Made by a program: the position numbers and the translations under genes | DNA from: Gekko japonicus | Taxonomy: Eukaryota | Reading direction: 5' to 3' | Assembly: GCF_001447785.1 (NCBI RefSeq) | Contig: NW_015173673.1 | Coordinates: 1,523,900 to 1,587,899 of the forward strand | Length of the DNA: 64,000 nt | The notes under the pieces: generated by a model | The model's database searches: none | Told to the model about the DNA's origin: nothing | The model's input: the letters and a program-made list of their open reading frames with translations, nothing else | Part shown: in pieces, positions 39,545-52,846 of the stretch | Layout: each line of letters opens with the position of its first letter | Numbering within the stretch: the stretch's first letter is position 1

Positions 39545-41335
39545 TTTATTTTTTTTAAACCCCCGGAGGGATATTTTTCTTTAGCAATAAACTACAAAAC
39601 TACAAAGAAAATATTAGGGAGTGGACTACATCTAGGGATAAAGGATAGATAACCACACTAAACTAAAACCCCAAGAGGAGGAGATCTTATCCCTGTTAGT
39701 ATAAGTGTTAATACTATAAGTGTTAATATCACAATATACTTGTAGAATTCTTGTTTGTCTCAGCTTCAATATTTATGTGTTAATGAGAGAACTTTCTGAT
39801 CATCTTCTTATTCTTCGCTTCAGAGGCTATTTTATGAGTCCTTCTGCGTTTACTTCGGCTTTCCATCTCTAAAATCGTATACAACTCTGGCAGCACCTGC
39901 ACCCGTTTCTGCAGCAGAGTCCTCTTCCGTTCCAGAGGTGGCAGAGTGACTAGATTTCGTTTCTTCCTCCTTGGGCTCTTCCTCCGTTCCCAGCTGACGC
40001 CACAAAAACTCTTTTGCTTTAAAAATGAAGTCTATCTTCTCTCTTTTATCATTGATATTAAAGATGACACCCTCCGGGATCGCCCACCTGTACAATATTC
40101 CATTGGTTTGAAGGAAAGAAATTAAATCCTTATAGTTTTCCCTCTTTTGTCGAATTTCAAATGGAATGTTTTTTAAGGTCTTGATGATTACATTTCCCAT
40201 TTTCAGTGGAGTTGCTGATGTCACTTTTAAGATAGCATCTCTGGTCTGTCTTCTTGAGAATCTGACCACAATTTCTCCAGGAAGGCTATTTTTTTTAATA
40301 TAATTGGAGTATGCCCTATAGACTAACTCCATTTCTTTTACTAACTCATCCGCTGTTAAGCCTATTACTGGAGCGATGATCTTGCTAAGCAGCTTCCTCA
40401 GGTCCTCCTTCTCTGCTTCAGGAACTCCCTGGAACCTGAGAATCAGGTTAGCTTTTTCCATCTGTAATTGCAACAAATGATTTTCTTGGAAGTTCTGCTT
40501 CATTTCCATTTCTCCCATTCTTTTCTTCAATTTCTTACTTGTGGTGTCTATCTCTTTAATTTGCTCAGTTTCCTGCTCCACTTTCTTCTCCGTTTCATTC
40601 AGCTGGAGCTGTTGAGCTGCAAAGTTCTTATTCATCACGGTCAATTGCTGGTTAATACCATCGAGTTGCTCCATCACCGGCTTAAGCATATCCGCCAGCA
40701 GTTTAATGACGTCTGCTCCCTCTTTCGGTTTTGGACTCTGACTGCCCGGTGGTTTCGTTTTCAACTTTGTCTGCTGGGCCGTCATTTTCTCCGATTTGTT
40801 TACAGTTTCTAACGCTTCTTCCCGGCTCAAAAAATTTGCCCCACGATGACGATAATCAAGTAAGTCTCTCAAAACACACTCGTTGTGTTTCCTCCCCTCT
40901 CCCCCTTCGTATCGCTTATCAGTTCATTCGCATAAGAGGCGTCCCTCTTAGCGATCTCTTTTATCACTGGGGGGGGGAATCCGCTTTTACAATAATTCGG
41001 TTTATTTTGAACTCACGTTCATTGTCGATCAGTTTCTCTGACCTCGCTCATTCTAAACACCATTCTACTCGATCTCCGGCACTTGTCCCAGTCAAATCAG
41101 CTAGTGCCTGAAGGCCACACAGCAACTGGACCATCAGGGCAGAGGGGAGCCTTGATTCTCCAGCATTATGCCATCAAAGAGGCTACCCCTCAAAAGCCCT
41201 CTGGCCTGGAGCCTATCGCAAAGGCTCCATGGGGGTGTCACTTGAGGTGGCACCCCTCCAAGCAGCTGGTGTGCGGATCGCTCTCCCGTGGTTTGGGGAG
41301 AGCATCCACCATCGCTGCTCCAAAAATCGGAAGCC
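39545..41335 (-). mobile_element. ORF1-only L1-clade retroelement (half-L1/HAL1-like), full unit with TSD
   Basis: 12-bp TSD tactccaatcta (39533-39544, 41336-41347). The 5' end ggcttccg..gatgg is typical of vertebrate L1s. About 550-nt 5'UTR, ORF1, about 290-nt 3' region and a short A-rich tail. Confidence 0.85.
39850..40785 (-). CDS. L1 ORF1p-like RNA-binding protein, 311 aa from the first ATG
   Basis: Uninterrupted frame. Heptad coiled coil, RRM-like NLILRFQGVPE..LVYRAY..LPGEIVVRF, and CTD-like IRQKRENYKDLISFLQTNGILYRWAIPEG (Transposase_22-type architecture). The track's 40872 start is a TTG. Confidence 0.85.
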   Translation of the reverse strand: MTAQQTKLKTKPPGSQSPKPKEGADVIKLLADMLKPVMEQLDGINQQLTVMNKNFAAQQLQLNETEKKVEQETEQIKEIDTTSKKLKKRMGEMEMKQNFQENHLLQLQMEKANLILRFQGVPEAEKEDLRKLLSKIIAPVIGLTADELVKEMELVYRAYSNYIKKNSLPGEIVVRFSRRQTRDAILKVTSATPLKMGNVIIKTLKNIPFEIRQKRENYKDLISFLQTNGILYRWAIPEGVIFNINDKREKIDFIFKAKEFLWRQLGTEEEPKEEETKSSHSATSGTEEDSAAETGAGAARVVYDFRDGKPK

Positions 41336-41952
41336 TACTCCAATCTAATTTTGTGTGCTTAGAAGGTGAAGTCAGATTGAAACTCATTTCCCCCCCAGCT
41401 GAGATCAACTAATGTTTCTTTCATGATTGTGATCTTTTCTTGTTTGCCTTTTAATTAAGATCAAGTGAAATCACAGAATCCCAAGAAAGAACATTCCATT
41501 CTGGAGAACTCATGAAAGGACATTCTTTCTGGAGGCCTAGGAATTTCAAAACTCTTGCCTATTGTAGTCTATCTTCCCAGGCTTTATTTGTAGATTTTCA
41601 AGAAACAATGCTACATTTAATATCAGACTACCTTATCACCTCTTTTGGCCTTCATCTATAGTGTTATTTGGTATATGTTTTTACATCCATTGTTATGTTT
41701 GAATAGATGTATTTAGTTTCATTGTTGATGTTTAGGGCTCTGTCCCATTAGGGAGACCATCATCTGTTTCTGGGTGGAATAGACCCCTCTGTACTGAAAG
41801 GGAAGAACAACACAGTAGAGAAAGAAATGAAAGATGGAGGAGAAAGTAGAACAGGGTGTGCAAGAAGGCGAGAAGAACAAAACCTTGTGTTAGGAGTCCT
41901 GCTTTGTATTGTCTCCTTGCCTTTATCAGGTTGCAACACCCATGCACCCGTG

Positions 41953-42100
41953 CCCAGGCTAGCCTGATCTCGTCAGATCTCGAAAGCTAAGTAGGGTCGG
42001 CCTTGGCTAGTATTTGGAAGGGCGACCTCCAAGGAATACCAGGGTCATGATGCAGGAGCAGGCAATGGCAAAACCACCTCTGAAACCTCTCTTGCCTAAA
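41953..42100 (+). mobile_element. 5S rRNA-derived SINE
   Basis: gcctgatctcgtcagatctcgaaagctaagtagggtcggccttggctagtatttggaagggcgacctccaaggaataccaggg follows 5S rRNA, then a ggcaatggcaaaaccacctctg tail. Confidence 0.85.
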
Positions 42101-42932
42101 AAATAAGTCTAGCTCACCATCTAATGCTAAATGCTTTAGCAATAATGCTAAAAGAGCTAGAACTTCTGGCTGCCAGATAATCTTAGGATCTCCTGGCTAT
42201 ATTACACACAAGACCATATGATAATTATTAATGATTACCCATGCATCAGGGACCTGTGGGCACGGACTGTATTTTAGAAATCTAAATGCTAAGCAAAACA
42301 TACATCCAAATAGAGCAGCTGGACTCCTCTTTCACAGGAAATCACACTGCATAGATAATTTGTTCTTTAATGTTTACTAAATGTATCTAATTAAACTTTT
42401 CTGTATGGAAACTGATTATTAAGAAGGAACTGTCTATTCTTGCTTCCAATCCCATAATGCTTTGCTTCATCATGCCTCTGACAGTAAAGCACTCTGGCAT
42501 CAAGTAGCAAAGCCCTCTGGGATATGCTGACCTTTCTTGTCAACGACACTATAAGGATGTTTATTCCTTTATTCCTTAGCCCAAAAGCTGATGAAAGGGT
42601 GAAACAAAACTTGCACTGTTGAGAAACCTTCTGGAAGTACCAGGATATATCTACAAGGATTTCACTTCATTACAAAGAAGATCAGTTTAGTCCTATTATA
42701 CCTTTGGGGGGTATTTAAAAGAATTAGCACCTTTGCCAGTGAGGTGAACTATAAATCTAGAACTGAAAGTGTGGGAGGCTAATTTCCTGCCTATACAGAA
42801 ACATAACCTACTGTGCTCAACGCCCTAAAAGCCAGGAGGTCAGTTTTTCTCACTGGATACTGCTGTGGGGGGGACGACTCCAAATCCTGCTACAATGTAA
42901 GACAGTACTCATATATGAATCCACTGGTTTAA

Positions 42933-43601
<669 letters not shown>

Positions 43602-46600
43602 TAACTTTTGCAGGCTCAGGAGGGCTAAAAGAAGCAGCTAGAAAAGGTGGACGGATCAGGATGACCTAAATTCTAATTCTTGTACATAATTCTATAATTC
43701 TAATTCTCAGTTATAATCCTGTGGTGCTATGCTACAAAGCATAAAGCAGTGCACTGTAGTTTGGCTGAAAGGGCACTTCCAACCCAAAGTCCTGTTACCA
43801 GGTGCTGACAGTCATTCACCACCCCCAGAGGAGGAGTGTGAACTCATTGGTCACACATCTTCACACTGGGGAAAAGATCAAGGAAATGAATAGTTGCTAC
43901 AGTGAAAGAAGAATTTGGATATTTCTCTGAATAAAGGCAATTTTACTGCTCTAGAAGACCTAATAAAGTAAGGGGAAAGCCAGTGATTATATTATATGGT
44001 TATGATCACTTAAGATTTGAGCGTGACTCATGCAATATGCCCAAAGCAAACTTTGGCCTCCACTCATTCACTGGGGATTTAACATTTTCTTCAATACAGT
44101 CAGGACACCGGGTCTGTAGCCAGAAATGTTACGGTAAAGGGGCATAACTGTACCCTGAAGAAAGGTAGCAGGGTTTCCTGGGTTCAGGTTGGCAGGTCCT
44201 CATCATCTCAAACTCTGAAGCTCATCAGATGGGGCCCAGTGATATCATGGACAGGAACCAGTGATGCTATGGGGTGGGACCTGGCAATGTCAGATGGAAC
44301 AGCAGTTTTAATGGTAGTAGTTCCACAACTGCTGCTTATTGTACCGCATGGTATCTATGAATGTACAAAGTTATAATCACACAGTGAAAAGATGAGCTGT
44401 TTATCAGGCTAATTTTTTTTAAAATGAACACTATGTGCTAAATGTAAAATGCAACTGAGCTGTTAGTGCCAGATCGCTGGCTCCCATCTCCAATTTATAT
44501 CTGGAGTAATAACCACAAGCAGACATGCAGAGAAATCTTAAAAGGAAACATTTTGTTGGCTAACTGGCAGCTCTGAGATTCCAGCATGTTGTGTGGTTCA
44601 TGAGCCCCAAAAGTTTAGATCTTAAGTCACCATGAGGTGCTGAAAATGAGCACCCAAATTTGAGTCATGGTACCTAAGCCTGAATCCTAGCAACCATGGG
44701 GGGGCTATCATATGACAACTTGAAACAACAAGTTTCCCATATTTTATCTATGTACTTCTCATAAGATATTGTCACTGGGCCAGGGGGGTTAAGACTCAAA
44801 ACAGTGTTAGGGAAAACCATGGGCCAGGGGAGTTGGAAACTAGTCAGTGCTTAAATGAGTAAAATGAAAGATTCCAGAGTTACATCTGCCTGCAAGTAAC
44901 CCCCTGCAGCAGAATTACATGTTAGTATATGTGTGTGTGTACAGCACGATGAGGGGGAAACACTCTCCACATGTGTAGAGTGTTTGCAATCACAGCAAGA
45001 TTATTCCTGATTTCAGTTTATTTAGTTCCTTGTCTTTCTGCGTTGAGAAGTTGTTTGGGTATTATATCACTTCAACCTTCTGGCCTTCTGAAGTGCCAGA
45101 TAATCTCTGTAGTGAAAGGTTCTGTAGTGAAAGGTTCCTGAGCATTATCCCTCATCTATTTAGCCCTAGTCCCAGATTATGGAAGAGATGAGATGAGTTT
45201 GACAGCAACGTAAAAGACATTCAGCACAAACTCAGAGGCCCCCATTCTTTCACACAGGTGAACTCCAGCAAGCTAAGTGAAACTCAGCATTCATTTTTCT
45301 GTTCCTGTTGCCCCTCCCACAGCCCCACCTACTCCTGAGGCAAATTCCCTACTGCAAACAGAGGCTGCAACCCTCAAATAGTATAATTTCAGTTTTCTTT
45401 CCAGTAGTCCCACCTGTCATTGTGGATACTAGAGGACAGAAACAAACATGAAATAAGCAAAGGGCCCAGGGAGAAAAGTTATGGGACAAAGGAGACAAGA
45501 ATGAATTTGGTCAGGAAGGGAATAACTGACACAGTTTCCATTATCTTACAGCTTCCCTTCTCCCATTCTTTCCTAGGCAATTTCAACACAAACTGCTTGC
45601 ACGTTTCTCTTTATATCCTCACAACGGAAAAGGCCAGAGAGTTGCTTTTTAAAAAAGAAAGAAAAAAAGAAAGCTGTGAACTCAGAGAGGGGGCATTCCC
45701 CGCCCCCCCATGCCTCTGGTAGCTAAGGGCCTGCAGAACATTTACTACCACTTTACCCAAAGATTTCTCATTTGTAAAACTGTCTCAGTTGCATGTATCT
45801 CAACAGTTACAGGCAATTTCTTTGGCAACTTCTGAGTTAATTGACAATATGCTTTGATATTATTGTTTAAGGAAATGTTAAGCATTTATATTACCAACTG
45901 CTAATGGGCCTTCAGCAGAACTTCAGCAAAACCTGTAACTGCGGCAATACCATTTGGTCCAGGTTACATTTTAAATGATGTTCATGCTCTATGTTTGTAG
46001 TTTTTCTTAACTTGCCCTGAGTTTTGGGCCAAAAGAGTATCTTCATTCTTAAAGCTTAGCTACTGAAAAATAAGCAGAAAGCCCAATCGACTGCAATTTC
46101 TACAGCATTCTTGCATTGTGCTGAAACAACGAGAGGGACAGAGTGATCTGCTGGAGAAGAAAGATGCCGAAGACTCTCATCCAGCCACAAATAATTCTGG
46201 CACCTCTCTCCAGCTAGAAGTCCCACCCTATGCCAGCTGCACAGGCAGAATTTCTGTGCCCTTGAAAATGTTCACACTACTGGTAGCAAGAGGGCCAGGG
46301 AAACAGCATTAGGAAATTGGCTAAGCTGTCAGGCCCTGGTCCAGGTCCAGTGGCATATTTCCCCCAAACAGTTCTTTCTAACTTTAGACTCTGTCACATG
46401 TCACCCTTAAGCCCTCGGCCACCTACCTAAATGCTTCCAATGCTTTCAAATAAATTATACTCTGTCTTCTCCGTTATCATACAGGCCAGGGAGTTAAGTC
46501 TCAGGGGATCCTCCTCTGTACCCAGATTATCACATCTGTTTGTAAGGATTCAAGGGGGTCTAGTTATTCCAGAAGAGCTGGCACAATTGGCCCAAATAAT

Positions 46601-46742
46601 TTGGAAGCAATAAAGGAAAACCTGGTTGAATCCCTTGGCTAATGGCAAATTTTTCACTGTTAACAGTGATTCATTCCATAATTTTGCAGTTCCTGACACA
46701 TAGTGTCTAATTTCTTAGCTGAAGAAAGGGAGACGGCCCTAA

Positions 46743-47327
<585 letters not shown>

Positions 47328-47524
47328 ATCCCTTTTTGGAAACCAGTGACAGAAGGAAACCAGGACGCAGGAGAGTCTTGAGCCCTCACATACCTTCTCA
47401 GACGTACAAATGTACTGTGCAGCTGTTTCATTCACCAAATTAGTCAAACATGCTTCTGAATTCAGGCCAGCCACCTCCCACTTCAGGTCCTCTCCTTCCC
47501 TCTGCCCTCATGTACTTCCAAGCA

Positions 47525-47530
47525 AATAAA
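47525..47530 (+). terminator. candidate proximal polyadenylation signal of LRTM2
   Basis: AATAAA about 200 nt after the stop; further AATAAA at 47907 and 47990. Confidence 0.3.
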
Positions 47531-50500
47531 CTGTAGTCAGACCTCAAGTGCTAATCATTTTTCCTCTTTCCATAAAATTCTACACTGATGCTCACATGTA
47601 GGGAACCCAAGCCAACCAGGCATCTTCCCCCCTTTCCTTCACTACATTGATACTTCGCACATGCCCATAGTATCAGAGAAACATTTTGCAAACAGTACGA
47701 ATAGCCAAAGGCACCAAGACAACCCCTGTGATTGTGTCTAAACTCCACTGGTGGGGTTAATAACATCACTGCACAATCATCTACTCTTCCCTGTCATCTG
47801 TACAAGAAACCCACTTCACAACTACTCCAGGAATGATTCAAGGCCAGCTCCGATTACACTAGAGGCACAGAAAACTTGACCTTCCCGCTATTTATAACAG
47901 GAACAGAATAAATATTCCTTAGATTGAAGACATGTTGCATACACTCATGCCAGCATGTACCTCACCTTCCATAACGAAGGGTGTGGACAAATAAACCTAA
48001 CACCGGCTGATCACCACATATATATACACACACACACAAACGTATGCCTCTACACACCTCCGTTTCTTTGCATACCATCTGTATGTTACTATTTGTAGCA
48101 AACTGAAAAATGTGCAAGCTGCCTCCTGATATGATGATTTATAATCTGTGCAAGGAAGAGCCTTAAAAGCATTTGGGAAAGAAAGGATGCAAAGGAGAGG
48201 GTGGATGGGTCACCAAAAGGGCAGTTACTTTCTGAAGGCTAACGTGCCACCTCAGAAAGGGGGAAATGTTGTTTTTTTTCCTATTAGAGAATTAATCTGA
48301 AAGGCTCTTACAGTCTTTGTGGCAAAAGTGGGTCCCCAGGAGGGATTTAAGAGAACAACAGCCTGTCTGATCTCCTTAAAAGTATTTTTGGACACGGGTG
48401 GTGGGTGGTGGTGGGGCAGAGCATGGGCATGGCTGTAACAAAGTCAGACAAACCAGAGGCCAGGATCATTATTGCAGCAATGTGGCTATATATGTGGGAT
48501 TAATGCAACAGAGCATGGCTCAGATAGGGAAGACTGGGGGAAATGATACAGAGCCATGAATGAGACAGCAAAGAGCTCCATGAAAAATGGAGGGAAAAGG
48601 AGCCACAGTTCAGAAATCCAAAACTGTTGATCAGCTACTGCTACAAACACCCTTTTTATATAACCATGTTTGTACATCACTCGTGCCCATACTTGTATGC
48701 TGAGCAACTAGCCAAGGTTCCTACTAAAAATAAGAGGCATAGCATTAAAGTCTTAGGTAGCATCCATGCACATGATAACTCCAACACAGATACACATGTG
48801 TGTGCATCCTTCTCTCCCCCCCCCCCCAATATGAATTGTTGCCCAAACAATCTTTCCCCAATCTGGTTTTTAAACCGTACAGCACCTCACAGCAGCAGCA
48901 TTTTTTTTAACTGAAGGGAGGAGGAGAACCAACATAAGGACTCATTTTATATCAAGGAAAGTGGGATAAAGTGCCGTCTCCAGGGGAGAGCACATATTGC
49001 CATGGTAACCTGCTCTAGCCCGTCACAGCGGGTATTCCTAGGATAGGAAGATGACACAAGAGGTCGTGCAGCCGCAGTTTTTGTGGATACTGTGATCCTT
49101 GCAGTCATGAAACAACTTGGCAGCTGGCCCAGATTCTTCGGTACTTTGCCAGCGACTCAGGAGCAGAACCCAGCAATCACCTTAGCTGGGCACGGATCAG
49201 GTCATCAGAGTTCTTCCTTCTTCTGTTGTATTTTGGTGCCTCTCAGTTGATCTTTTCTTTAGCTGCCGAAATTCTGAATGGAAACAATGCTCGTTTTCCT
49301 TTAATTCCACCACACCTTCAAATCCCTTGTCACAGAAAAGGAGCACTGTGAAGGACTCAAGATTACATCTCGTAGCAGCAATTCCATCGTCCTTTGTTCT
49401 CCTAGCAAAGAACTATCACGTCCAAAGGGATGGAATACTCTTCATAGACAGATGCTGTGGCAGAAACAAATTCCCATGGAGCACTAGGGAGGCCACTGGG
49501 GAAAAGGCATCTGGGAGACATTTCAAGACAGTTGAATGCATTACATGCACAAACACAGCTACCAAGGCAAGGGACAAATTCCAAAAACGGAGGACAGACT
49601 ATGTACCAGATATGTCTTGTAGTTCCTCCAATTCAGCCAACTCTACTCCAGCTTGATCCCAGACTGATGGGCAAAACTGGATTACCAAAAACTCTGGCGA
49701 GTATGTGTGTGTTGCTTCCTACTACTACGTATACTCAGCAAACCACCACTAGCACTCTGCCAACTGGATATAAAATTCCAACCTTACTATCTCTATAATC
49801 TTCCCAAAGGAACTTACCTCCGTAAGATATTGGACAGCACAATCATACTTGAAATGGGACTTATGTCAGAGCTGTATATTTATAGATCTCTATTTTACTT
49901 GCAAGAAATAATGAAATGATTGCACAAAGTCAATGGTGTATGATGTGTGTTTAGGGGATGAGAAGAACTGGGAAGTAAAAATTAGAAGAAGAAAAAAATC
50001 CTCCCCCCCTTCCCATCTCCTAATCCCACCCCGAGTAGGTTTCCTTCTCTTGCCAATGATATTTTCCATTTCCCATGGTGTTGTGAGTTTAATTACAGCC
50101 TCAAACTTCATTCTGTTTTTTCATTGACATGGCACAGGATTGGCCCTGATACTTCCACACCTAAAATTCTACTCTGAAAATAGGAAATAAGTGAAGGGAG
50201 AGGGAAGTCGGTTGAGAAAAAAGGGACCGTGGTAATCATGACAGTTGGAGACTGGTTAGTCCCAAAGAAACTGGAGTAGTTTGGGAGTACAGTGGGCTAA
50301 AGAGAGTAAGAAGCTGCTGAGTGACTGGAGAATGCAATAAACCAATATGGAAAATGTCCTCTGTCTTACTGAGAAACTGTGTCTTCAGCTGCGATGAGGT
50401 GATAAGCATTTTTAACAAGGATCCTGGAACTTCTAGGGCTCCCCAAGTGTATAAAACATCAAAGATGAGGGAGGGGGAAATCTTGCATTTCATCATCTTT

Positions 50501-51792
50501 CAGGCATGTAAAGCAGACCAAGCTCTATATGTCGATAAAACGGGGATTTAGACCATCCTGCTGACAGTAGCAGATGTTGTAGCTGTGGATTTCAGGAGAT
50601 CGAAAGAAAAGTCTGGATTTACTGAATTCATATTAGTTATTCTATTTGAAAAGAGGTTCATCAGTAAAAACATTTGAGAATTAATGTTCAAGTGAAACTG
50701 GGCAAATATATAACTTACCAACAGTGCTTTTCAGCAGAATCAATATACTTCGGCACGATAGAAATCAGCTTGCATTGCTGTGCTGAGTATTCCATGTACA
50801 AGATCAAAATACTACCAGAGATGCATGGCTGTGTAAACAGAGGTTATTCAGGAGTTTGATGATATGCTACCCATGCTAGAATTTTTCAGTGCAAGTCCAT
50901 GGAGTGTTTTCAACAAAGGCACAAGGAATATACAGTTCTCATTAATGTGGCTAACTGCAGCGTCCTAAGAAGAATTAGACTCTTCTATGCCTATTGACTT
51001 CAATGGAATTAGAAGGGTGCAGCTCTGTTTAGGATTGCACTGGATTACACTTGTGAACCTGGTTGTTGTGCCGTATAATACGGAGCACAGTCCTTAAGTA
51101 TGGAGATTCCTAACTGTTTAACTATCTAATGGCTTAATTTCAATAACCTCCCCAAAGCTTGTTTCTCTGTAAAAGCAGATGAGATCTTGAAAACATATGC
51201 ATGAGAACCATCACTAAAAGCAAAACAGCCCGGTTCTCCTCGTAGGCTTGATCTATCCTAATCAAAAAGACCGGAAGATGATTAGAAGCATGAAAATGCT
51301 GCAATGTGAATATTCATAATACATGTGCTTGTGACATCACTGCACAAAATGTACATGCATGGAATTTAAATAGAAATGTCTACATCAACTGTTAAAAAAT
51401 CCCTTATTGTGCTCCAGGCAATCGACTTTTTCCGGCTATCAGACACAGCCAGCTAGGAGAGGCTCCCCTAATGAAAAATAGTTCTCTGATACTGGTGGGA
51501 AGCCATAATGAATGACAATCTAATTCCATCAATAAAAGTGTATGCAGACAAGAGATATGCACTCTTAGCCCAATAGGTTAAAGCTGCAACCAAGGAAAAT
51601 GTACTGGGTTCAGTCAGGGCGACCCAGGAAAACAGAGGTAGGCACAGTTGGTGGGAGGGGAGGACAGATGGCGCGTGCAATCTTTTTGTTTTCTTTCTGT
51701 TAGGTATATTAGAGTTTAAAGGAGAGCAATGAGATTTTTTTAAAAAACAGGTGAAGGTATATTATATTTCTGGCTTGTTGTTTTAGAAGAAT

Positions 51793-51798
51793 AATAAA
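51793..51798 (+). terminator. candidate distal polyadenylation signal of LRTM2
   Basis: AATAAA after a U-rich stretch, with downstream tgtgatttgtg, at the point where a repeat-poor region ends. Confidence 0.4.
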
Positions 51799-52020
51799 GA
51801 ATGTATTTTCCTAAACACCTCATATTTGAAATGTGATTTGTGAAAACTACCCATGCCTACTTCTCTACAAATCTCCTACAAAGAAGCCAAGAGCACAATT
51901 TATTTATTTATTTATAATTTCGATTTATGAATCACTCTATCCCTAACTGCTCAGGGCTCTGAGCGATGAACAATAATGATAAAATACATCAAGATAAAAA
52001 CAGTTCCCAGCAGTTAAACA

Positions 52021-52846
52021 AATGTAGAGTCCAGTGACACCTTTAAGACCAACAAAGGTTTATTCAAGGTATGAGCTTTCGTGTGCATGCACACTTTTTC
52101 AAATACAATGGAATGGGAGGAACTAANNNNNNNNNNNNNNNNNNNNNNNNNNNNNNNNNNNNNNNNNNNNNNNNNNNNNNNNNNNNNNNNNNNNNNNNNN
52201 NNNNNNNNNNNNNNNNNNNNNNNNNNNNNNNNNNNNNNNNNNNNNNNNNNNNNNNNNNNNNNNNNNNNNNNNNNNNNNNNNNNNNNNNNNNNNNNNNNNN
52301 NNNNNNNNNNNTGCCCTTCACTAACCAAAGGTGTCTCAGAAATTAACATGTAACATGATGAAGATGTTTTAAGATGTGCGAAAACAGAATTAAATAACAA
52401 GCTAAGGTTATAAGGTAAAGCAATAAATATGACAAAATAAGTTTGAGACTCTCCATTCACTCCCAGAGCATGGAGGTCACGGAACAGCATTTTTACTTTC
52501 TTTTTCGAGGTGGGAGCAGTGTATGTCAGCCAAACATTCCAATATTCCTTGCATTACATTCAGTATTCTAATATACTATTCTGAAAAGGAAATACACTAA
52601 AATACAGAGGATGTATAGTCCCTTATAACCTTAGCTTGTTATTTAATTCTGTTCTCGCAGATCTTAAAACATCTTCATCATGTTACATGTTAATTTGCTG
52701 TTACGCAGATCTTAAAACATTTGAAAAAGTGTGCATGCATACGAAAGCTCATACCTTCAATAAACCTTTGTTAGTCTTAAAGGTGCCACTGGACTCGAAA
52801 TTTGTTCTACTGCTTCAGACCAACACGACTGACTACCTGGATCTAT
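52021..52846 (+). mobile_element. fold-back Penelope-type insertion with nested inverted repeats
   Basis: Outer IR about 52021-52104 / 52719-52804; inner IR 52341-52415 / 52621-52695; tail tgcttcagaccaacacgact..cctggatcta; 13-bp TSD cagcagttaaaca (52008-52020, 52847-52859). Confidence 0.8.
52127..52311. other. assembly gap
   Basis: Run of N. Confidence 1.

Noticed and set aside
41958-42045. Possible 5S rRNA gene
   Set aside because: Diverged, lacks the 5S 5' end and T-run terminator, and continues into a SINE body found in several copies.
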